The notes under the pieces were generated by a model that did no database searches, was not told where the DNA came from, and was given only the letters and a program-made list of their open reading frames with translations. Below are positions 1 through 13,269 of a stretch of 64,000 bases of DNA, piece after piece. Both the position numbers and the translations under genes were made by a program. Every line of letters begins with the position of its first letter. Position 1 is the stretch's first letter. Location of the stretch: contig NW_003314331.1 of the NCBI RefSeq assembly GCF_000143415.4, positions 917,169-981,168 of the forward strand, in the 5' to 3' direction. Source of the stretch: Selaginella moellendorffii (lineage: Eukaryota > Plantae > Lycopodiophyta).

Positions 1-100
1 GCTTAAGCGCTTGGATTTTGCCCGTGTCTCTCGGACGGAAAAATGGAATGGTTTCCAGTGCAGGGCTCTTGGCGGCTCGAGAAGAGAGAGAGAGTGAGCG

Positions 101-663
101 ATGGCAGCCGCGGCCGAGCAGCTCACACAGGAGCAATTGGCGGAGTTCAAGGAAGCCTTCAGCTTGTTCGACAAAGATGGTGATGGTAAGAAGATGAAAA
201 CTCTTTCTTCCTCGTGTTCTTCCTTCGTGTTCTTCCTAGTTCTTAGATCATTCCTCTAAATCCTCTGATACAATCGGGGAATCCGCCAGGCTGCATTACA
301 ACCAAGGAGCTGGGCACGGTGATGAGATCCCTGGGACAGAACCCAACCGAGGCGGAGCTGCAGGACATGATCAACGAGGTGGACGCCGACGGCAATGGAA
401 CCATCGATTTCGCCGAGTTCTTGAGCCTCATGGCGCGCAAGATGAAGGACACGGACTCGGAGGAGGAGCTCAAGGAGGCGTTCCGGGTGTTCGACAAGGA
501 CCAGAACGGATTCATCTCCGCGGTGGAGCTGCGGCACGTAATGACGAATCTGGGCGAGAAGCTCACGGACGAGGAGGTGGACGAGATGATCCGGGAGGCG
601 GACGTGGACGGCGACGGGCAGATCAACTACGAGGAGTTTGTCAAGATGATGATGGTCAAGTAG
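101..663 (+). CDS. CaM: Calmodulin (exons 101-185, 290-663)
   Basis: [69 protein letters not shown]...; four EF-hands; typical plant phase-1 intron in the Gly codon. Confidence 0.97.
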
Positions 664-1133
664 GACGGATCTCGAGGTTTCAAGACCTCTAGATCAAGCT
701 CGAGAGAAATCAAGAGTGAGAAAGAGAAAGTTTAACATTTATATATAGGTTTTTTTCGTTGATCATCGCCTCTTTCTTTGCTTTGTGATCATGGTCCGCA
801 TTATGCAGAAATATCTTTCTCTCCTCTCTCTCTCTTAGATCGATCGATTGACGTCCGCGAATATGCTTGATATAATCCGACCACGTATTTGACCGCATGT
901 TTGTACCCGCCACCTTTTGTCATGCGTGCAATTCGTATCGTTTTCCTTGCATCCCATCGTCTCTTGACTAGAATTCTTGATTTTTTCCCCCCTCAGTTTT
1001 CAATGCTGAGCGGATAATGCCCAGCTTGCGGGCAAGGAAAAACAAAATACATAAAAAAGCATCAATTCAACCACGTACCCTTATGAATCCTCGACACTTG
1101 GCTAGTCTGCATATTCCTTGACAAGAATATTTC

Positions 1134-2125
1134 TTGCATTCATACAAGCTTCGAAGGGGCAGAAAAATAGAAGTTCCGCAGATCCCGCTCTCCGCACCTG
1201 AACTCAACACCTGCAGCACCTGCACTCAGTCCGCACCGCACTCAGCACCTGCACTCAGTCCGCACTGCACTCAGCACCTGCACACACCCCAAGCTAGTAA
1301 GATCATGCAAAGCCTTGTCTCGTGTCAGCTCCTCCACTACCCCCACAGCGTTGGAGTCTTGGGCGGAGGATTCCACTCCGTCCCGACCCTGCAATTCCTC
1401 AAGCGGCTCCGAGAGGCCACAGCGGCCGAGGGCGACCTCCTCCGCATCCCTCTCGTGCTCTGCGGCGATCCAAACGCCTCCCACCACCTCGGCGCTCTCA
1501 TCCAGCAGCGAGAGTTTCTCGAGGACGCCGGCGCCAAATGCATTGCCCTGCCCTGCCCCTCGTCCCTCCGCTGGTTTACGTGCCTCGACTCGGGCTCCTC
1601 CGCCAAGCTGCTCAACGTCGTCGATTCCCTCGTCGAGGAGCTCCACCGCGCCGAGCTGCGGCCGCTCCAGGGCGCCGCCAGGCCCAGGATTGGGATCCTC
1701 ACTTGCCAGGGCCTCGAATTCTACCAGGAGAAGCTTGAGCAAGAGGTGATCTCCGCGAAGAGCTAGCAGCTTCTGATGACATAAGTTGGATCTTCCTTTT
1801 CTTTTTCCCACAGGGATTCGAGGTTGTGCTGCCAGACAAGGCCTCCAAGGATCGTCTCATCGTTCCAGCCATGGCGGCTCTCGAGAGGAGAGACTTCCAG
1901 GGACACCGGAGCCTCATTCGCGTCGCGATCCATATGCTGCTCGTGAATGCCGTCAACCGGGTCATGGGAGACGATCTCACGGCTGCGCTGTTTGCCGATG
2001 ATCCTTTGCTCCTCCAGTGCATCGATCCGGCAAACTCGCTGGCCAAAGCTACGGTGACTTGGGTCAAGCAGCAGATCCAAACTCACGATATCAAGTGTCG
2101 GGGACGACGAGCTTGCGATCTCTGA
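1134..2125 (+). CDS. Aspartate/glutamate racemase family protein (plant type); start uncertain (in-frame ATG at 1305); intron ~1746-1814
   Basis: VGVLGGG, FLEDAGAKCIALPC, RIGIL, FYQEKL..GFEVVLPDKA..LIRVAIHMLLVNAVN..DDPLLLQCIDP match the plant racemase-like family. Confidence 0.8.
1190..1285. repeat. Degenerate tandem repeat (cacctgcactcag / tccgcac units)
   Basis: Repeated gcacctgcactcag(t)ccgcac visible directly. Confidence 0.7.
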
Positions 2126-2229
2126 TATAAGAACTTAGCGAGCTCTGAGCTGGAAAATAACTTTATACACAAGTGTTAATATACACAAATAGATTCAATC
2201 GACAAACCCGGAGAGAGTTGCTCTGTGGA

Positions 2230-3551
2230 TCACAGCTTCATCACGCACATCGCTCCCCACGGTGGATTGTGCTGGTGATCCAGCGGAGGCTTGGTTACCA
2301 CGGCTCGCCATGTCCGCTTCACCGGATGGTAAATCTGGAATAGAATGTTACACCTTCTCGTGGTGCTCCGGGACCACGAACGAGGACTCCTCTCGTATCG
2401 CTGCTCGTTCACGCCGCCAGGAATCACGTAAACTTCCCCGTCCAGTCCTACCAATCGGCAGGAGCTCTCGGCGGCCAGCGGCGATGGAAGCTCGGACTCT
2501 GGATACCACCCGTTGGATCCAAAGTCATATCTAGAAAGCCAAGAACAATCGATGTTACGCGAGAAAACAAAGAAACCACTCAACCATACCTGAGAAGCTT
2601 CGAGTTCTCCAGCATGAAAACACTGGGAAGACCGTCAACATCTCCATACAACACGGCAATCCTCCCGAGACGAAGCCTCTCTCCATCCTCCCACATCGCC
2701 TCGAGCTTCCTCCAGCTCCCACTGCCAAAGCTGAAAACCTCTCCATCGTTGTAGTGCTCGTCAACCGGCAGGACCCCGGAAATGGTCCGAGCCTCGCCAT
2801 AGCCACCGAGCACCCAAAACTCGTCCCCTACAAAAAATCCCGAGCACCCGGCCCGGATGCTGTGGAGCCCCGGAAGACTCTCCCACGAATCTCTTGCCAG
2901 ATCGTACTTCTCCGCCTCGCAAATCCTGTCACCGCCAGCTCGAAACTGGGCGTGACGCGATCCACCGCCAGCCACGATCAAGCACCCCTGGAAGATCCCA
3001 CACGCAAAGCTCCCCCTGGGAGTTTTCATGTCCTGGCACTGCTCCCACTGTGATCTCACCGGATCATACTTGAAGACCGAGGAGGAAGCCACAGGACGAT
3101 CCATGGGAAAGTTCCTGGCGTCGAAGAGCGATCCGCCAAGCACGTAGAGCTGCTGCCCCGCGGCCACGCACTCGAAATTGCTCATGCTGTAGCGCGAGGG
3201 ATTGCACGGCATCGGCGAGAATGTGCTCCACAGCTGCGCGCGCGGATCAAACACCTCGCCGCGGCACAGCGACGGATCGTCGCGGAAGAGGTAGAGGAAC
3301 TCCTCGCCCTTGCCCAGCTTCCGGCGGAGCTGGATGATGAAATCGCCCGACAGCGCCGCGTTCCAGGATCGGCACACGGATCTCAAGCGGCCGTGCTGCC
3401 AAAGCGGCACGCACGCCAGGCACACGCAAGCCAGATCATTCGGGAGCCCTGGAATGAGATTGCGGATGCCAAGCGTCGAGAATTCCAGCCAGAGGCTGCT
3501 TGCAGAGGATCCACTGGCGCCATTGACGATCCTGCCCCTGCTCCTAACCAT
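2230..3551 (-). CDS. F-box/kelch-repeat protein, OR23-like (one short intron ~2533-2589)
   Basis: F-box LIPGLPNDLACVCLACVP; kelch repeats YVLGG, PRGSFAC, VAGGGSRH, RAGCSGF, FWVLGGYG, LPVDEHY. Confidence 0.9.
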
Positions 3552-4006
3552 CAAATCCTCTACCTGGACGACGCGAAGACCCCGCCCCAGGCCCCAAGAA
3601 CCCTAATCTGGCATTTCCCAACAAAAGGTGTGACCGGTCGGATGTGCGACAAGTGGCACGATCCTAACCGTTGGCATAATGCCTTTTAAATTAACGTAAA
3701 GTAGATATGTAGATAATACAAACCGGCAGCCTCTTTTCCAGTCGAGAGCGTCGTCTCGAAAATTTCCATCTCGACTTGGTCACTGTTGCTGGCCTCTAGA
3801 ACAATCACCGGGACGAAAAAACTTTGAGCCCCGGTGCTAAGTAAGTAGTTGTCACTTCTCCAATTCTCGAATCAATTTCACGGCTTTCCAATTCCCAGAT
3901 CATTCCACCACCTACACACCACGAACGCAATCCATTAGAACAAATCGAGAAGCGAGAGAGCTCTTCGAGTCATTACCCCTGCGAGCCCGAAAAATCTCTA
4001 AGTCGT

Positions 4007-6203
4007 TCAAGTCGAGCGATGGCTGTGGCCTTCATCGCTTGAGCTGTTCGAAGACCTTCTAGCCGTGGGTGGGAACGGTTCATACATCCTACTAGAAAGG
4101 AGAAACACAAAACCATTTCTCTCGTCAGTTCGCTACGCACGAAGAAAGAAGGCGAAAAACGAGAAACTAGCTTACCCCAAGTGCAGTGATGTCTGCAGCA
4201 TCTGTGGGTGGTGTTCCACAAACGCTGGCAATGGAGCTAACTGGCCATGAATCGAGAATGGCAAAGTTACAGACGGAGGTTCCCTTGTCTCCAGTGGAGT
4301 TGCTACCACGTTGAGGGTAGCCAACGGCTTTCCACCACTATCAATTACGCTGTGGATGCCATTGAGCTGCGCGAGGAAATAAAAAAGAAAATTTAGAAGA
4401 AACTTCTTAACAAAACACGAAAAGAAAAGAAAAAAACGTTACCTTCCGCCTCAGATGGTCATTTTCTCTCTGCAGATGAAGCTCCTGTAAAAAAAAGTGT
4501 TAGTTTCACCTTGCATACACGAGACAAAAGAGAAAATGAGAATTTACCTTCCTACGGAGCTCATCGAGCTGTTCGGCAATGAGCTGATCCTGTTAAAACG
4601 CACAACCCCATGGTTACGGATAGATTCAGACAAGCTTTTGAACTCACCTTTCTAGCGCGGATACGTTCAAGTCCACTCAGCAGTCGGTGCTCTAGCTGCT
4701 GTAGATCCTTGATGCCTAAGTGTATGAGATCCTCGCCAACCATGTGGCTGCAGACAATCGCAAACAAACTTTAGAGAGTTTTGCTTTTCTGATGCTGCAA
4801 GCAGAAGCATACCGGTGAGTCTGCTGCAGCTGTTCTATCTGTTGCTTGAGACGAATGAGCTCTCGACCCCAGCGCTACAAAAAAAGAAACAACAAAGCTT
4901 TCAGTACAGAGAAACTGCAGAAGAGACTTCATCTCAACTCACCTCATTATCGTGATCGACGATACTGGTGTTATGGTTTCCCTCGGGGTACCTCCCATAG
5001 CGATCCAGTATCTCCTTCATGCTTCATTTGGAAGCAAAAGAAACAAAGGTGAGTGAACGAGTTTCTAAGCTCTCTCAACGGCGAGAAAAAAAAGTACCAC
5101 CAAGTCAAGAAGAGAGAAAAAAAAAAAAACCGGCAAATAAACACGACGAAAATGACATGCAACACAAACAACTGGGAATTAACTTCCCTTCCGACCCGCA
5201 GTCTCAATCCCCACTTTATCTGACGCGTCAGATTACCCAGCAAGCCATGGCAAAATGTACTAGACCAATGCAGACAAACTAGATCCGGCCATTGGATCCA
5301 CACACCATCCGAATCCATCCACGGCCACAATTGGCTCCCTCACGTACCTTATCCAGATTTTCCCGCAGCAAAGACCATTCCTTTGGGAAAGAAGAAGAAG
5401 GAACTCACAAAAACAAACAAGACAAACCACCCGGGACTGAGAAGAGAGAGAGAGAGAGAGGCAAAAAAGAAATTGCTCCAACCATCGCACAGATTCTACG
5501 GCAAGCATCAATTTCAGGACAGATGCAACTTGCGTTTAGCCGCATTTACAGCCACCGATTGGCTCGCAGAATCTGCTCACGCGATGTCCAGCAAAAAGAA
5601 AGGCAAGAAAAACATCGTACCGCAAGTAGTTAACAGACGTAAACACGCCATCAAGCTCAGTTTCAATCAGGAAACCACAATGAGAAAACGATGTTTAACG
5701 CAGCCAACCAAAAACCGGCAAATCGAAGCCACAGAGGGAAAGGAAAAACAGGAGGAAGCACGAATCAGCAAGCTTTTTCTGAAAAGGGTAATGCAGAAAC
5801 CACACCAACAAGCCAAAACAAACAATATGCTGCCTCTCCTTTCGATGGCTTTTAACTCCTTCTCTCCAGGACTGACTGCCAAGAACACGATACGGCGCCC
5901 AAACAACCATGCAATCGATCCGTCCGAGAGAGCCCAGGCAATGCCAGCTCGCAAATTCCAAAGGAAAGCAAACCAGCCAGCTACCGCTCGATGGATTCTC
6001 GCGGAGAACACGTACCTGGTGCTGCTGGAGGAGTACTCAAAGAGCTTGCCGGTGCTGGAGAAGATGATGAGCGCAATCTGTGCATCGCACAGCACCGACA
6101 GCTCGTGCGCCTTCTTGAGCAGGCCACCGCGGCGCTTGGAGAAGGTAACCTGCCGATTCGTGGCATTCTCTATCCGCTTGATCTCGATTTTCCCGCGGCC
6201 CAT
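4007..6203 (-). CDS. MIKC-type MADS-box transcription factor (~8 exons, ~1 kb first intron)
   Basis: [41 protein letters not shown]; K-box exons [33 protein letters not shown]; C-terminal LQTSLHLG. Confidence 0.95.
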
Positions 6204-6808
6204 TGGAAAGAAGAAATCTCGGCGCCGCGGGTGGGAAAGAGAGATAGGGAGGGAGATCCTTGGCGTGGCAATGCTTACTGCGTCGCGGCTCCCACTTCCG
6301 GGCTTCCACTTCCGGCTTCCACTTCGAGCTTCTAGCGCTTTTTAGAGCTCGTCCACCCCTGCTTTTAAGCCCCCTTTCCTATTCCGGCGCCGCCGCCCTA
6401 TACATGCACACACACAGCACGACGAAGGCGGAGAAGAAGAAATCTTCCGCCATAGCCAGCGCGCCCCGCCCAGCGCCGCGCGCTCGCCTCAAACAAACCT
6501 AAAATATTATCGCGCCCAAGAGCGCGAGCTAGAGGAAGAAGAAGAAGAAGAAGAAGAGAAGCTCCTTCGTCATTCCTATGGAGTTTTATCCCCACTTCTC
6601 ATTTGAAAAATTGCCCCCATTGCTCGTTGAAGGGCGTGCACGTAAAATCTAATCCCCTGTACTGCATTTTTACTTTTCGGGCCTATGCTATGCCCGTCAA
6701 CGCCCGTCGGCGCCCGTCACGGGCATACGGTGGCTATTCCGAGGCTGGGCACCGTATCTCGTATGCCCCGTTTAGCTTAGGGCTTTCTATAATTAGCGTT
6801 GGCCTTTG

Positions 6809-6818
6809 CCAATTTTGG
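6809..6818. promoter_or_regulatory. CArG box CC(A/T)6GG upstream of the MADS gene
   Basis: ccaattttgg, ~600 bp upstream of the ATG. Confidence 0.35.
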
Positions 6819-7699
6819 AAGCCTTCGCCGCCGGGTCCGCGAGGAGGTAATTATTGCAAATGTGGCCCGTACAGGCCCGCGGTAAATGGGAGAATTGGGC
6901 ATCGCATTGGGGGGACTTAACCTTGCGGCGTGGGGTGAAAAAAGTTAATATTTGGCTATACGAGCCGCGGTAAATGCTGGCTAAATGGGACGGGTAACAT
7001 CTGGCGCGGCACCTTCTATTACCTTCGATGGGCGCGCCAGCCAATGGGCGCGTTTTCACCCCACTCCCGAGTGTTTTTTACGGCCGCGGTAAGAAGGCAC
7101 CGCGGGAACGGGAAAAGAAGGAAAAGGACGGACGCCAGAGGCGTGTTCGATTCCCCTCCAGATTTTTTTTCTTTCCAGATTTTTCTTTTACCCCACTTTT
7201 TGCTATTTCCTGTTATTTTTAGCGGGAATCATTGCCTAGCCTACGAGGAATATGCCACCGATTCCAATTCGAATTTGAAAAGCTAGGGTTCTTGCGACTT
7301 CTTTTGGAAAGGCTATGTGGAGCCACCATAGCTCTTTCCTTCCCAGATGGAAGAATTGCCTTTCATTATTGTACTTGGTGATTAGTGTCGTTGTCACCAA
7401 AAACAATGCCTTTCTTTTTCTTCCACTGTGGAGGGCGGGGACTCGTCGGTCCCTCCTCGGGGCCCCCATTCCTCTTTTCTCCTCTGATTCCACGCACGCA
7501 AGGCGGAAAAGGAGAGAGTTTTCTAGCGCGTATGGGAAATGGTGTAGAAGAGAGAGAGAGGGAAAGTGAAAGTGAGAGGAGCGAGCTCCAAGTACCTTTG
7601 GAGCAGCAGCCCAGGGCCATCAGATCAGACATCCCTGCGTTCCTGCCGACCCTGTCGCTCGTTTGATTTGATTTCTCGTCGCCAAGTTGCTCTCAATCC

Positions 7700-8900
7700 A
7701 TTTCAATCCCCAGGGAGTAACTTAAGGCGCTGAGAAAATCCTGGAATCACCCCGGCCAACAAGCATCTCTCAGACTTTAATGCGAAATGGAAGGGACGCC
7801 AGCGTCAAAAGAGAAAGGCTGCCTGTCGGTTACTTGCCTGAGGTAGCGGAAAACTCTGGGCTTTTGGCGCACTTCTTTCGTATCTTCGACCATTTCCAGC
7901 AAAGCCTTGCCTGCAGCGGAAGGAAAACACGCAAACAAGAGTGAGAAAACAATTCAATGACGTCGGCCAACTGTGACAAGTTGGGCATTTTCTTGTGTCA
8001 CGTACCTTTGTACCTCCGGATACCTCTGTGGCTTCTCTCCGTCCACATAAGAGATCTCTGCGTGCTGCAGCGCTCTAAAATGCGAGAAGATCACTGCTTA
8101 GATCCTGCTTGACCGTCCACCACATTCTTGTGTCAGGGACCAACAAGCGGGATCTTCCCAATATAAGGAAATCTCTCCAAAAGTTTGCTTGCAGAGCACC
8201 CCCTGGAAAAAGGCTACTGTAAGCATAGCGGGAAACAAATTATTGTGGAAATGGAAAGTAGAAGCTGAGGTGACTACATTAACTACGGGTGGAGCACATA
8301 AACTAGAGTAAAATGTGCAAGGACATGATACCTCTTGAGCATCGTAACAGCATTCCTTCTTCCGTCGTCCTTTTTCGACTTATCTTGGTGTTGTGGCTTG
8401 CACAGAGCTGGACTCCACGCTCACTCGGTACAATGCTTTCTTGAGAGTTTGGAGCCGCTATTGTCCTTGACTGTGGTTGTTTCCTTTGTGTCCTGTACAT
8501 GACAACGCCAGAACAAAGTTAGAGATCGTAAATCTGACAGATTACCTCCTTATAGATACAGACCACCAAAGTGCACATTTGATCTGGTTGCAGCGTCCGG
8601 CCCTTCGAAAGGCAAGCCGAGAGAAAAACAAGCACTATACAACAAAACAGATACTTTATCGATTGCTTTTCGGGCGACCTGCAAGCGCAAATTAAACTCG
8701 ACCGCGTTACCCTTCAGGATATTAGTTTAATCGCTTGCAGTTCCGGCTAAAAAATGCTTTCCTAAAAGACAACCAACGCGCAAGTCCCTGCAAGCACACA
8801 ATTTCAGTAGTTTCCGCGAGCAAGTTGAGCACCGACACCGTACCTTCGAGTTACTAAAAGACGACAACGATGATCGGATTCTTCATGACAACGGCAACAT
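7700..8900 (-). other. Probable spliced transcription unit of unknown product (several exon-like blocks with GT/AG flanks)
   Basis: Open exon-like blocks ~8331-8495, ~8005-8205, ~7840-7912 bounded by splice consensus; no recognisable domain. Confidence 0.3.
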
Positions 8901-9064
8901 TCACCCTACTTGTGCACAACAGGGAGCAAAAGAAAGAGAAAATAAAGCCGCAATTGAGGTCATTCCTAAAGCAGAGCAGGCATTAGAAATGATACCTCTC
9001 ACTCTTCTTTCGCTCTCTTTTTGCGCTGTTGTTTGTGTTTTCCTTGCCTTGAATATAGTCGTGT

Positions 9065-10452
9065 TCACTTTCCTTGTAACACTGGAAGTAATTCCTCTTG
9101 CGAGGCTGCCTGTACTGGTTTGAGTTTGTGTTTGTTGTACATTACAACGCCAAAGATAGCTGACATAGGAAGTTAAGTCATAACGGTTGTATGAGAAAAG
9201 AAAGATTGGTTCCTTACCGATGACATAGCCAATGATGTTGATGGGAGTAAGTGTCGTGTCAAGGAATACTAGTCCAGAGACCAGCACAACTATCCAATCT
9301 CTCACAACGCCAGCCACACGGATAGTGAGCGCGCTCGTAGACGATATCACCAGAAACACGGAGATGTTGAGCGCAAAGGTGCACAGGGCGTTGAGAGACA
9401 CAACAACGGCATCAAAGTTCCAGTGCGTTGAGCTGTCCATCTTCGGCTTCTCTAGCAACAACCAGGGTATGAAGAGGCAAAACGCGCTGAAACAAGAACA
9501 GAAACAAAAATGGTCATTCTTGGCAGAACGGAAGTAGAGGCGTACCTGCAAGGACTCACGTAGTACATCATCGTGAGAGGATCTAGCTTCAATCCCTTCC
9601 TCTTCAGCATGATCTCGATCAGTATGAGCCGCATTGACTCCCCGACAACCCCGCCAAGCTGATAAATCACTCCAATCCAGTTGAAGTTGATCTCGCCGTA
9701 AGATGCAACCAGCACACCGAAGCTTATTACCGACATGATGAACATCATGCGAAGAGTAAGACTTTCAAGACCAAATGCGGCTCCAAGGAGAAAAACGGAA
9801 ACGGGCACTGCAAATACAGCATCAGCACCTTTCGACTACAAAAAATCTATAAGCTTCTTACTTATGGCTTTCAGCATCTGAGCAAAAGCAACGGAGATAT
9901 AAAGGTAGGCCGAGTTCCCGAGCCACAAAGTCATCGCAAACATTGCTCCGATGGGAAAAACCGAGGTAGCGTATCTGCGGTTTTGAGAGTTACAACACAA
10001 AGATCGAAATTCCAAAAACTTTCTTACATTTCCAAAGTCATTCCTTGAGGCAGGGGCACTAGCTGTGCATTCTCATTCTTAGAATTCGAAGAACTAACTC
10101 AAAAAAATTAAAAAAACTCTTACCTTAAAGACATGGATCACAACGAAGCAAAGCACCGATGAGAACACCATGTGTATGAGCGTGAGAGACACCGGGAATG
10201 GGAAATTGAAATGGTTGGAAGACAGCAGCCACTGCAAATGGAAGAACGAGAGAAAAAAAAATACCAGTCACGGATCGAAGGGAAATTGCGCTACCCTGCA
10301 TTGGAAATTTTCTAAGCTGATCAAACCTTGTTGAAGAAGATCTGGCCGCTGGAAATCACAATGTAGAGAAGAATGTACATGTAGCTCGCGAATGCGATCC
10401 TCTTCCGCTGCATCGCCGGCGCCTCGTGAGGCGCCAAAGCAACCTTCTCCAT
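9065..10452 (-). CDS. Sugar-phosphate/nucleotide-sugar translocator (TPT/DMT family), multi-exon
   Basis: [68 protein letters not shown]. Confidence 0.92.
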
Positions 10453-10548
10453 CCCAAACAAAAACTATTAGGGTTCTTCCCCACGAGATCTTTGCCGTTG
10501 GTTTCCTTAATCAACGGTTGAGACTTTTTTTTGTTTTCTAAACAGAAA

Positions 10549-11789
10549 ATGCGGGGTTCTAACGGGGTTAGGGCTTTGCTCGCAAGATGGCATTCTTTGC
10601 GTTTCATGGCGATGGCGGGAGCTGGCGGCAATGGAGCCGATGTCGCAGCGCTCAATCCCAAGCATGCGATCTGCCAGGAGAAGCGCCAGATGCGGACCGC
10701 TGTCCGGCGCAAGTTGAGGGAATTCGCGGCAGCGCAGCGGCAGATCGAAGGTGAGAAATATTTCTTTACAGGGAAATCCAAGCTGGGCCTGCTCTCTAGT
10801 CTCACAAATCTGGAAATCTTCTCGATCTTGCAGATGCGGCTATCCAGCACCACGTCCTCGACGCTCCCTGGTTTAAGGACAGTAAAAGACTGTGCGCCTA
10901 TGTGAGCTGTGCCGCACTGAGAGAGGTGGACACCACAAAAATCGTCGCTCACATTTTTAATCCCGATGATCCAGGTACGCTCTCTTCTTTTTCTTTTGTT
11001 TTCTCTCTTCGATCTAAGTCCTCTCATCGTGGTCAGTGCAAGCCAAGAAGCTTTATCTCCCCCGTGTACAAGACAAGCAAAGCCATATGCAAATGCTTCA
11101 CGTGAAGAGCTACGATGATCTGGTACCGAATTCCATGACGATCCTCGAGCCGGAGCCAGTCGATAAATCTGGAAGCCCAAGAGAAGATGGTGAGTTCTAT
11201 TTATTTTTCTTGTTCTTTCTATCAAAACTTTTGTTGTGTGTTTGCAGTTCTAGACACGGATGAGCCTTTAGATCTTCTCCTTTTGCCCGGTATGCTTGAA
11301 ACATCACTATACTTCTTTATTGTTTTGATTCTCTCTTTTTCCTCGGTGTGATGAATTCTCTGTCACTGCAGGCTTGGCTTTCGATTTATCCGGGCGACGT
11401 CTTGGTCGTGGTGGAGGGTAAGAAAGTAATCGTTCGCTCCGTGCTCACACCGTGCTAACACCGAGCTGTATCGTGTGATCAGGTACTACGACTGTTTGCT
11501 TTCGAAAATACTCGAGTCGAACGGATCAAAAGGCTGGAAACGTCCGTTGCTAGGTACTGAAACCTCTTACGATTGACACTTTTCTTTTCTTTCAATGATC
11601 TCACAAACTTTTTTGCTCGTTTCTCTGCGCCTCGCAGTGGCTCTGGCGTACTCTCCTCAAATCGTCGATGGCTCTGTACCCGTGGACGAGACCGATGTTC
11701 CCGTGGATGCTCTCGTACGAGCCTCTGGCGTGACGGCGATATCGCCATACGCCCGGCAACAAATTCTCACGGACGAAGCAAAGTTTTAG
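10549..11789 (+). CDS. 5FCL: 5-formyltetrahydrofolate cyclo-ligase with putative mitochondrial presequence
   Basis: EKRQMRTAVRRKL, CAYVSCAALREVDT, KKLYLPRV, ILEP, LLLPGLAFDLSGRRLGRGGGYYD, VPVDETDVPVD. Confidence 0.93.
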
Positions 11790-12010
11790 GCTCTGGTGGT
11801 ACGTTTTTCTTTGAGGCAAACTCTTCGTTGTTTGTTGAGTTTAAATGCATAGGAAATCCCGAATCGACAAAGCAAACTCTGGAGCATCGCGATTTTAAAG
11901 CATCGATTATCAACCATCTTGTTGGTAGAACGCTTGCTTGAAATTTCATGAGTTAATAGATTTGCCCTATGGTATTTTACTATTGAGTTTTTTAGGGTTT
12001 TGGAAATGCC

Positions 12011-12513
12011 ATGGCTGCTGGTGGCGCATTTGGAGGGAGCAGGGGAGTGAAGCCCGTGCCGCCAGAGAAGGGAGTATTTCCACTGGATCACTTCCACGAG
12101 TGCAAGCCGGTAATTGATCGATCGATCGCCATGCCCAATTTCGAGCAAACTTTCTTTCTTCTCTTCTCTTCCAGGCAATGCAAGAGTATATGCAGTGCTT
12201 GAAAAACAACCAAATGCTGGCCGATCGCTGCAAGCATCTATCGAAGAAATACCTGGAATGCCGCATGGAGAGGTAAGAGATTTCTCTCGTTTTCTCGTGA
12301 ATGGTGGCCGAGAGAAGGAAGAATTCTAGGAACTTGATGTGCAAACAGGACCTCAAGGAGCTGGGATTTAGCGAGAACGATGAGATTTACGCCAGGCGAG
12401 ACGACGATCCCGTCGGTGGCGATGGTGGGCTATTTGCTTTCATGAATCAGCCACGAAAAGAAGAAGCCCACATCGCTGGGATTCGAAGAAAACGCGGCGA
12501 GAATCCCCCCTAG
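12011..12513 (+). CDS. COX19: Cytochrome c oxidase assembly protein COX19 (3 exons)
   Basis: PPEKGVFPLDHFHEC...YMQCL...CKHLSKKYLECRMERNLM...LGF twin Cx9C. Confidence 0.93.
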
Positions 12514-13269
12514 ATCTTTTATTTCGATCTTTTGCCGAGCAAAGAGGCAAGAACACCAGGAACTCTAGACAATGCACAGCGAATTTCTTTCTCTATACAG
12601 CATCGTCGGCGTTAAGTCTTTAGTAGATCATCAAAAGCTTTTCTCTTTTTTTGTGGATTTTCTCTCTTTTTTTTTCTTACGGTATGGTGGTGGAGATGAT
12701 CAGCTTGATCCTCCCCTTCTAGCTCTTTAGATGTGGAAAACAAGCGTGAAGATCGACCTTGGGATGCTTCGCTTCGGCGTGCTCTTTGCATTTCACCTCA
12801 CTCGTCGTGCACATAAACGTTTGCATACAAATCTTGCACTGCCAAGAGGAAAGATTGGCACGAAAATCCATCAAGCGCATCGAGCAGTCGAGAAGGAAGA
12901 GTTCTCATACCTGGATGTTCATAGCTTTCTTATTGGAATCGAGTTGGCTACCTGCCAGAAACGAGATGGAAATCAAGCAAAATTCTTTTCCGAGAAGAAA
13001 TTGCGCACCTTTGCCGCTCGCCTTGGCCTTCTCCAAGTTCCGATCGCGGGCCATCTTCGATTTCTGCGCATTGCCTCCGCCCATAGCTGCCGCCGCTCGA
13101 TCGACCGCTCGCTCCGTCCGCCAATCAAAACCCTAGAACAATGGAGCGTCCGCCTTGCCAGGATTTGAGCCTTGGACGTCCTGGACCGATCTCGTCCTTC
13201 ATCCAACGCCCATGATGCCTCGTTGGCGTGGACGGCCATGATCCAACGCCACTGCGCGGTTGGATATAA

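Noticed and set aside
243-626. Minus-strand ORFs over calmodulin, and similar shadow ORFs over F-box, GDSL and PPR genes
   Set aside because: Antisense shadows of GC-rich coding sequence.
5383-6345. 320 aa plus-strand ORF
   Set aside because: Antisense to MADS exon 1 and its low-complexity intron; no domain.
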